DNA of 29,301 bases, from positions 1 to 29,301 of the forward strand of contig CAZGJX010000047.1 in NCBI GenBank assembly GCA_964525635.1. Direction: 5' to 3'. Shown piece by piece: positions 17,175-24,868 of this stretch. Origin of the DNA: an uncultured archaeon (GTDB lineage: Archaea; Asgardarchaeota; Lokiarchaeia; Sigyniarchaeales; SOKP01). The notes under the pieces were generated by a model that ran no database searches, was not told where the DNA came from, and worked only from the letters and a program-made list of their open reading frames with translations. Within the stretch, counting starts at the first letter, position 1; each line of letters begins with the position of its first letter. The position numbers and the translations under genes are program-made.

Positions 17175-20100
17175 TTATTGTAGGGTTATCGATTTTTTCT
17201 TACGAATTAGTAATAAAATCATTGTAAATCCAAGAATAGCAATGATTAAAACAATATTATAACTTGGAATATCATTAGTTGGAGGTGTTGTTGTAGGTGG
17301 ATTATCTAACACTTCAAAAGAACCATTCTCTTCTTGCATTAAACTATCATCATCTCGGTCATCATCCGCATCCCATACTTCTATTGTAACTGTATGGTCC
17401 CCAATTTCTTCCTTCCATAGATTTTCTATTATAAATTCAAAATTACTTTGATCTAAATTAGAAGACTGATTAAGTACAACTTCGCCATCAACATATATCA
17501 AAATTAGACTTAGTCCGCTATCATCTCCAGAATCATCATCATCAGCATCAAATCTTATAAGGATATTATCATTTTGATTGATGATCTCCAAATTTGATAT
17601 TTGAGGCTCTAAAATATCATCATCTACAATAGTTATCATAATTGTTTCTGTTGTGGTTAAACTATCTTGAGGAATATCATTATCATCATCAGTAGCTATG
17701 AAAGTAAATTCATAGGTTCCAAGTTCATTAGACACTGTATAAATACCACTTGGATCAAAAGAAAGACCTGATAAATCATTAGCATTCACAATAATGTTTC
17801 CTGGATTACCATCTGTATAATCTCCTGTATATTGATATTCTATTTCTGGAGCTATTATGTCATCATCTTGTATATTTAAATTCAAAGCAAGTTCGGAATA
17901 TTTATTTAGAATTCCTTCACTTGTAGCCTTTAATAGCAAATCAAGAGAACTTAACTCGAGATTACTATTCTGAGGAATAATTAACTCGAGTGTCAATTTC
18001 TTAATTTCATTTTTAGCAATATTGCAATAATATTCTTCATTCATTTTTTCAAGTTCAATTCCGTTTTCATAGATTTTATATTCGATATATAAAGGTAAAT
18101 TTTGTTGATCAAATACTACTATAAGATTATCCTCTGTATTGACAAATGCATCTGAAGCAAGATTTTGTAATATAAAATCAAAATTAACACTTTGTCCACT
18201 AACTACTGATTTAGTGGGTAGATCTATTAATTTCATCTCTATTTGATTAGCTCTTTCAGCATCTCTTTGCATATTATAGGATCGTTTATATATTTCCATA
18301 AATTCTCTTCGAAAATTTTCATGATATAATTGTATTGCTTCTAATTGTATACTTTCTGCTAAAATATTTGCATTGAAATAATTCCCATCTAAAATTAATT
18401 GAGCTTGGGTATCTAAATCATTTCGTAACCTCTCTATTATATCATTAACATCTTCATTATCTTCTATAGGTTTGTGTAGCTTCTCTGTCGAGATATGAAC
18501 TTTAGTATGGGTGTTTGACTCTATAATGCCATTAGACATTTCATTCATTAAATCAAAAGCGCTTAAAGATTGTTTTGTAGCATTATTTAATAAATCTATA
18601 TCGGCAACTGCAAGGTTATTTATCATAACCTCTTTTTTTTCATAGTTATCAACGATTGAATCATCAATATTACGTCTATATTGATAATCTCCTATAAAAT
18701 CCATAAATCTTGAATCCATACGAAAATTATTATTTTCAATTACTTCTAATTTTTCTTCATCAAAGTGAGTAATATCAGTTCCTAATTCATCATTAGTTAG
18801 CTCTATTATAGATATGAAGTCCTCTTCAATTTTTTGGGTTATTTCTGTATTTTTTATTGAAAATTCATTTATAAAATCAGATTGTAATTCAGAAGCACTG
18901 AATTCTTCATCTATATAAGAAGTATTAAACTTATTTATTGAACTAAGAAGATCTGCGTTATATTTTTCATACTCTAACATATTATCAATCATTTTCTTTC
19001 CTTGAAGAGCAATTGGATTATTTTCCTGAATTGCTGAATCTACTTCTGCAAAATTTTCATAAGGAAATGATATCAATTCCTCATTAGGTTTTTCATAGTA
19101 GTTAAAATCGGGGGGATCTCGACCATTGGCGATTTGGAGTAGGTCTATATTTTTTATTATATCTAAAACTCCTCCTAATATAAAGTAAATAGTTGAAAGG
19201 AGTAAGGCTACACTAAAACTTATGAAATCATACAAATAAGATATAACTAGCCCTCCAATAATATAACATAAATCGCTTAGTACTTCGGCAAGAATATATG
19301 CTTGGAAAGCATATAACTGATCTCTTCCCGGAATAAATCCTATACCACAATACTTAGCACCGGGTACATTTGGATGATCTACAAAATATGGAGAATCATA
19401 TTTAATTAAATTATCGAGTTTTATTTTCTCATCTTCATATTCTCTTGTATAATGATAATCATCATCAATATCATTATCATTAACTCTCCAAACCAATTGA
19501 CCTTCTTCATGATAAGGCCATTCTTCATGTGCAATATAAGCTTCCCTAGCTATAGTTCCGAAGATAAAACATCCTCCAACATCAGAATTTAAAACATTTT
19601 GATATTGGGTCCAAATATCTAACCAATTCATCATATCTGATTGTAGATCCCCATCTGAAACTTTTTGATCAATCAATCCAAGATTATAGGAAAATTCTTC
19701 TAACTTCTCAAATTTTGATTTTATTCCTTTAATATCAGGTATAATCCCATATAAACCAAACCCAAGGTCTTTTAAATCCTCAGTAAGTATATTTTCATCA
19801 TCAATCAGTTCAAGATTATTTACTTCTACTTCTAGCAGGTCGATATTTTTAAAACTTGAAGGACCAAGTTCTATCCAAAAATGCAATGTCTCATCGTTAT
19901 TTTGAAGATCAATTGTTGTGTCGTAATTAAAATAATTTGTAAGGTTATTCACCTGATTGCCTTCATATTCAAAATCTTCCCCACCATTATATGTATAAAA
20001 ATTATCTGTATTGATCTTGTAATTTACATTTTGAATTCCATAGACTCTAAGATTGAATCTTACTCTTATATAATAAGGACTTGTGTTTTGAAGGTTAAAT

Positions 20101-21170
20101 GATACAGTTACTTTATTTTTCTGACCATTTGTTTTGTACCGTGTAATCATGGTTGTTGATAAACCTCCAGAAGTTAGAAATAATCCTTTTTCCGGTTCAA
20201 AAGGTACTACTTCTACTCTTGTTGTATGATATAAACTTGGACCACTTCCATAAGAACCGTCCAAATCGATAAAAAACCAGAAATTTTCACAATACAATAA
20301 ATCATCGGGGCGATCAGAATCTTTATCTCTAAGAGTATAATAAACTGCAATAAAACTATAACCTTCATTATCATCTACAATATCTTGAAGTATAATTTCT
20401 TGATATCCATTAAATGTATCCCATACAGATATCTTTGTACCATCAGGTAATGTTAAAACTTTTAGAATTTCCATTCCAGAAGAATCACTTGTGCTTAATG
20501 TAAATTTCCAGTTTCCATAATCAGTTTCTGGAATTGCAGAAAGATCATATATAACATTATGTTCTATTTGAATATCGTTCATACCAGAACGTTTAAGAAG
20601 AGTTGAAGTTATAACTGGTGCTTGGGTATCATCATCTACTAAATCAAAATCCGAATACTCCCAATATTCAAACCAATTTTCAAGAACACCATGATCATAT
20701 ACTACCCCGATTCTTAAATACATATCTTGTTCAAGTGCTTGTGTAACTGCTTGTATATTTATAAGACTGTAATCAGTAGCTACACCATCAAAAATATTAT
20801 CATCAGCACAAATACCTGTTGGAGAATCTGTAATAGTTGTCCAATCAGGCCATTTTCCTGTACTCGATAATGATTTAAAATCGATACGTACTGCATATAC
20901 TTGATAAAGATCAAAATAATAGGATCTGACCTGGAAATCAATATTTACCTCTACTTTTGCATCAGATCTTTCGTGAAACACTATGCTGTTAATCACAATA
21001 CCCATTTCATCATCGCTAGTCTTAATTGATTCTGGATTAACAGGTGTTGAGTCTATTATATTCCATGAAACACTTTCTTTACCCATAATCGGAAAAAAAA
21101 ATATAGGAATGCTAGAAAATGTTATAGAAAATAGAATAATACAAATTTTTAAGTTTTTACGTAAGTTCAT
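17175..21170 (-). CDS. Large acidic cell-surface protein with Ig-like repeats and Loki-CTERM-like anchor
   Basis: N-terminal signal; recurrent DDDxxxPxI (x3) and D-x-D-x-D-x-x-x-D motifs; internal hydrophobic segment; PPTTTPPT linker, IPSYN, TM and RKKK at the C-terminus; T tract downstream on the minus strand. Confidence 0.85.
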   Translation of the reverse strand: MNLRKNLKICIILFSITFSSIPIFFFPIMGKESVSWNIIDSTPVNPESIKTSDDEMGIVINSIVFHERSDAKVEVNIDFQVRSYYFDLYQVYAVRIDFKSLSSTGKWPDWTTITDSPTGICADDNIFDGVATDYSLINIQAVTQALEQDMYLRIGVVYDHGVLENWFEYWEYSDFDLVDDDTQAPVITSTLLKRSGMNDIQIEHNVIYDLSAIPETDYGNWKFTLSTSDSSGMEILKVLTLPDGTKISVWDTFNGYQEIILQDIVDDNEGYSFIAVYYTLRDKDSDRPDDLLYCENFWFFIDLDGSYGSGPSLYHTTRVEVVPFEPEKGLFLTSGGLSTTMITRYKTNGQKNKVTVSFNLQNTSPYYIRVRFNLRVYGIQNVNYKINTDNFYTYNGGEDFEYEGNQVNNLTNYFNYDTTIDLQNNDETLHFWIELGPSSFKNIDLLEVEVNNLELIDDENILTEDLKDLGFGLYGIIPDIKGIKSKFEKLEEFSYNLGLIDQKVSDGDLQSDMMNWLDIWTQYQNVLNSDVGGCFIFGTIAREAYIAHEEWPYHEEGQLVWRVNDNDIDDDYHYTREYEDEKIKLDNLIKYDSPYFVDHPNVPGAKYCGIGFIPGRDQLYAFQAYILAEVLSDLCYIIGGLVISYLYDFISFSVALLLSTIYFILGGVLDIIKNIDLLQIANGRDPPDFNYYEKPNEELISFPYENFAEVDSAIQENNPIALQGKKMIDNMLEYEKYNADLLSSINKFNTSYIDEEFSASELQSDFINEFSIKNTEITQKIEEDFISIIELTNDELGTDITHFDEEKLEVIENNNFRMDSRFMDFIGDYQYRRNIDDSIVDNYEKKEVMINNLAVADIDLLNNATKQSLSAFDLMNEMSNGIIESNTHTKVHISTEKLHKPIEDNEDVNDIIERLRNDLDTQAQLILDGNYFNANILAESIQLEAIQLYHENFRREFMEIYKRSYNMQRDAERANQIEMKLIDLPTKSVVSGQSVNFDFILQNLASDAFVNTEDNLIVVFDQQNLPLYIEYKIYENGIELEKMNEEYYCNIAKNEIKKLTLELIIPQNSNLELSSLDLLLKATSEGILNKYSELALNLNIQDDDIIAPEIEYQYTGDYTDGNPGNIIVNANDLSGLSFDPSGIYTVSNELGTYEFTFIATDDDNDIPQDSLTTTETIMITIVDDDILEPQISNLEIINQNDNILIRFDADDDDSGDDSGLSLILIYVDGEVVLNQSSNLDQSNFEFIIENLWKEEIGDHTVTIEVWDADDDRDDDSLMQEENGSFEVLDNPPTTTPPTNDIPSYNIVLIIAILGFTMILLLIRKKKSITLQ

Positions 21171-21529
21171 TTCTAAACATCAATTTATTTTTTGGATTCA
21201 TTTTTAATAAAAATATACTAAATCTAGAGATATATTATATTTAAGTTGGATCAGGACTAAATTTAAACAAATTATTTTTATTTACTAATAAAAATAATAT
21301 CAGTCACATTTTTTAATTCCATAGAAAGAGGATTTGAATAATTTATTTTAATAAAGTTAAAATGAGAAAATAAAGTAAAAATAGAGATTCCCAAGATTTG
21401 TTAAAATAAATAAATTAAAAATTAGACCGTTATATTATCAAATAAAAAGAGTGATTTATCAATGGTTAAAAAGGAAAAAAAAAAAAATATAAAAAAAGTA
21501 AAAAAGAAAGCACATCAAATAATTTTGAA

Positions 21530-22651
21530 TTGAGAGTGCAATCTTTTTATCAATCTCAAGCGTCTTCAATAAATCAATCAATGCCAATACTTCCATCAAG
21601 TCCAAGAGAAGATATCGCTATTCAAGCAGCACCACATATACCCCCTCCAAGTCCAAGAGAAGATATAGCTGTTCAAGCAGCACCACACATGCCACCACCA
21701 AGTTCTAGTTTTGATGTTCCTTCATGTGGAGAAGATCCTTGGGAAAAATCAAAAGTTGAACTTAATGATATCAAAAAAATTGTATCAGATATCGCCAAAT
21801 CAAATACATTATTGGTGTTTTCAGGTGCAGGATTATCGATTCCCTCAATTTCTTTCGATTCACTTCCAGCAATGGAACTTGAAGTAAAATATGCGATTCG
21901 CGATCGTAATTATTATGAGATTCTAAAAACTAAATTCCGAGAAAATATGCAAGAGTCTTACCTTTTTGGAACGGTTTTAAAGATTCTCAATTCAGACCCT
22001 AACCGCGGTCATAATGCGATTGTGAATTTGGGAAAGATTTTAGATACAACTGGAAAGAAACTCAAAGTAGTTACACAAAACCTTGATTATTTACACGAAG
22101 AAGCAGAGATTAATATTAATGGTGATAAATCTGATAAAATTAAAGATATACATCACATTCATGGATGGCTAAAAATTGCTACATGTCCAAAATGTAAAAA
22201 ATCCTTTGATTATGCAAAGGTTCTCGAGAAGCTTCATGATAATCTAGAAAATATTGACATCATGTTATGCGGAAGACATTCTGGAACTAATTGTAAAGGA
22301 GTATTAACACCTGATATGATTGAATATGGTGAAGATGTAGTTGATTATAAGAAATGTGAAGATATTGCTAAAATAACTGATATCATCCTTATTGTTGGAA
22401 CATCCTTAAGAGTGACTCCCGCAAATCATCTAGTTAATGTGGTACACAATAAGGGCGGAAAAGTCTTTCTCTTCAATCGATCAGACACAACAAAAGATCC
22501 ATTAGCAGATATTCATATTCGCTCAGATCTCGATTGCACATTACCATTATTAGTTCATGAACTAAAAAGATATATGATTGAAAATAATAAAGAATATCCA
22601 GAGATAATAGATAAAATAGAATCAATTAAAATATACATGGATGATAGTTAA
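21530..22651 (+). CDS. Sir2-family NAD-dependent deacylase-like protein (divergent), with Pro-rich N-terminal extension; true start probably ATG 21462 across an A-run frameshift
   Basis: FSGAGLS, PNRGH, VTQNLDYLHEEA, HIHG, CPKC...CGRHSGTNC zinc site, PDMIEYGE, VGTSLRVTPA, LFN. Confidence 0.9.
   Translation: MRVQSFYQSQASSINQSMPILPSSPREDIAIQAAPHIPPPSPREDIAVQAAPHMPPPSSSFDVPSCGEDPWEKSKVELNDIKKIVSDIAKSNTLLVFSGAGLSIPSISFDSLPAMELEVKYAIRDRNYYEILKTKFRENMQESYLFGTVLKILNSDPNRGHNAIVNLGKILDTTGKKLKVVTQNLDYLHEEAEININGDKSDKIKDIHHIHGWLKIATCPKCKKSFDYAKVLEKLHDNLENIDIMLCGRHSGTNCKGVLTPDMIEYGEDVVDYKKCEDIAKITDIILIVGTSLRVTPANHLVNVVHNKGGKVFLFNRSDTTKDPLADIHIRSDLDCTLPLLVHELKRYMIENNKEYPEIIDKIESIKIYMDDS
21597..21703 (+). 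repeat. 51-bp in-frame tandem repeat (2 copies plus a partial third)
   Basis: CAAGTCCAAGAGAAGATAT(C/A)GCT(A/G)TTCAAGCAGCACCACA... at 21597 and 21648, encoding SPREDIA[IV]QAAPH[IM]PPP twice. Confidence 0.93.
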
Positions 22652-22900
22652 TATACCATGAGAAAAAGAACATGGAAAAGCACAATTTATTAAAGCTTAT
22701 CAAATTAGAGGAGACAGATTCGTTCAATGGAATGAAGGATATTAAAGAAGATGATTTCAAGAATAAGAAAAAAAAATAAGTTATTGATGAATCTTAAGGA
22801 TTGTTTCTTATATATTTTTTTATACACATAAAATAAATTAATTTATAAATTATTAGATATAAAATCTTAAAATCTCTTTGATTTTAACTATTGATTCAAA

Positions 22901-23887
22901 ATGATTAGGAATCAATGGTATGTTGTCTTGGAATCGAAAGAGGTTCCTAAAGGTAAATTAGTTGGAGTAACCCGACTTGGAGAAAAATTAGTATTTTGGC
23001 GAAGTAGAAATGGAGAAGTAATATGTTTGAGAGATAAATGTGTTCATCGAGGTGCAGCGCTTAGTATAGGAAAAATATGTGCGAAAGGAGATGAAGTAGA
23101 ATGTCCATTTCATGGTTTAAGATATGATAAGTCAGGACAGTGTACATTAATACCTGCAAATGGTAAAACCACTCCGGTTCCAGAACGCTTTAAGGTTATA
23201 TCTTATCCTACTAGAGAAGAACACAATTTTATATGGATGTGGTGGGGAGAGATTCAACTGAAATATCCCTCAATACCATTTTTCGAAGATATTGATAGAA
23301 AATTTTCATATAAAACACATGCTGAAGTATGGCCAGTTCATTATTCTCGGGCCATAGAGAATCAACTTGATGTTATTCATTTACCTTTCGTTCATCATAA
23401 TACAATTGGTCGAGGATATCAAACACTTATTCATGGACCCTTGGTTGAACCCTCTAAAGATGGAAATGAATTTACTTTTTGGGTTTATAACCAAAAAGAT
23501 GATGGAAAGACCAAACCTTTAAAACCTGAAGAATTTACTGATGATATGAAAGTATTTCACCTTCAATTCAAATTTCCACATATATGGCAGAATTATCTTG
23601 AGAATAAAGTTCGGATATTTATAGCCTTTGTTCCTATAGATGATACACATACGAAATTTTATATGAGATTTTATCAAAAAATTCTGAGAATCCCAATTCT
23701 AAAATCATTATTTAATTGGTTGGCTAATAAATTTAATATCATTATCCTACATCAGGATAGAAAAGTTGTCCTAACCCAAGAACCAATTAAAACTCATTTA
23801 AAAATGGGTGAAAAACTTATTCAAGGTGATAATCCCATTGTGTATTACCGTCGAAGAAGAGAAGAGCTAAAGTCAAATAACAACTAA
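22901..23887 (+). CDS. Rieske non-heme iron oxygenase alpha subunit (VanA/KshA/CAO-PAO-like)
   Basis: Rieske ligands CVHRGA...ECPFHG; mononuclear iron motif ENQLDVIHLPFVH; C-terminal HQD carboxylate; N-terminal NQWY. Confidence 0.92.
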   Translation: MIRNQWYVVLESKEVPKGKLVGVTRLGEKLVFWRSRNGEVICLRDKCVHRGAALSIGKICAKGDEVECPFHGLRYDKSGQCTLIPANGKTTPVPERFKVISYPTREEHNFIWMWWGEIQLKYPSIPFFEDIDRKFSYKTHAEVWPVHYSRAIENQLDVIHLPFVHHNTIGRGYQTLIHGPLVEPSKDGNEFTFWVYNQKDDGKTKPLKPEEFTDDMKVFHLQFKFPHIWQNYLENKVRIFIAFVPIDDTHTKFYMRFYQKILRIPILKSLFNWLANKFNIIILHQDRKVVLTQEPIKTHLKMGEKLIQGDNPIVYYRRRREELKSNNN

Positions 23888-24033
23888 TTATAATATTAAT
23901 ACCTATAAGTATTTAGAAATGTCCTTTCTGTTACACACTCATATAAAAATCTATATAAGTAAAGAATGAATGTTTGTATCCAAGGTATATATCATAGAAC
24001 AGTTATTGATTGCGATAACTAATTCTTTAGCCT

Positions 24034-24438
24034 CTATTTCCAGCTTTTTAGATTCAATTTAAAGATTTCTTTAAATTTTATATCTGTAGAATATATTATT
24101 TTAGTTCCATATTTTTTACAAGTCATAGCTATAATTTCATCATGAAGTTCGTGACTTTGATTATTCTCCAACATAAGTTTAAGGATTTCCAAATCAAAAT
24201 TATCAATTATTATATTTTCAGATACTTCCCATCTTTTAATAGCTTCCTTAACAGCATCAATTTTATCTATCTTCCTCATTTTCCATAATAATTCTGAAAT
24301 AGCAATAGTTGGAATAATGATTGTAATTTTTCCTTCTATAACATTCTGCTTTAGAGTTTGAAGTAATTTTGGAACTTTTGAATAGGTATAGTGGAAGTAA
24401 AATAAGACTTGAGCATCAATAATAGCTTTTTCACTCAT
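24034..24438 (-). CDS. vapC: PIN-domain ribonuclease toxin (VapC-like)
   Basis: 134 aa with four PIN acidic positions (IIDAQ, ISEL, LHDEII, YSTD); 16 bp downstream of an AbrB-type gene. Confidence 0.88.
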   Translation of the reverse strand: MSEKAIIDAQVLFYFHYTYSKVPKLLQTLKQNVIEGKITIIIPTIAISELLWKMRKIDKIDAVKEAIKRWEVSENIIIDNFDLEILKLMLENNQSHELHDEIIAMTCKKYGTKIIYSTDIKFKEIFKLNLKSWK

Positions 24439-24454
24439 ATCAAATCATACAAGA

Positions 24455-24703
24455 TTATTTATTATTTGGAAATAACGCTTTTTTTGCTTCTTCTAGTTCT
24501 TCATCCGTAAATGGAGTTGCATCTTCAAAAAGCACATCTTTAATTTCTAAAGGATGTTTCTTTTTCTTTATGATAATATGCTTCTCATCATTTAATTCTA
24601 ATTCTACCAAACTAGTATCATCAATATCAAGTTTATCTCTCCATTCCTTTGGAATAACAATCCTTCCATTTGAAGAGACTTTCTGAATCACTTTTTCTGT
24701 CAT
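24455..24703 (-). CDS. vapB: AbrB/MazE/SpoVT-family antitoxin (VapB-like)
   Basis: KVSSNGRIVIPKEWRDKLDI swapped-hairpin motif, acidic C-terminal tail, directly upstream of the PIN gene. Confidence 0.9.
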   Translation of the reverse strand: MTEKVIQKVSSNGRIVIPKEWRDKLDIDDTSLVELELNDEKHIIIKKKKHPLEIKDVLFEDATPFTDEELEEAKKALFPNNK

Positions 24704-24723
24704 ATAAAAATCATTTTTATTTT

Positions 24724-24756
24724 TGTCATTAATAATATAGAAATGACATTTAAAAA
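24724..24756 (-). promoter_or_regulatory. vapBC promoter: TATA-like box plus inverted-repeat operator
   Basis: TGTCATT-N11-AATGACA (24724-24748) directly downstream, on the minus strand, of TTTTTAAA (24756-24749). Confidence 0.6.
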
Positions 24757-24868
24757 ATCTATCATTTTTTATAAAAAATTTTATTTTAAAATCCCTAGAA
24801 GATTTAATCTACTTTTATTAAAATCGCAGCAAAATAAATAAATTAATATCAATGAAATATCATTATTA

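Noticed and set aside
24001-24020. Small hairpin AGTTATTG-ATTG-CGATAACT between convergent genes
   Set aside because: Weak AT-rich 8-bp stem; not enough to call a terminator.
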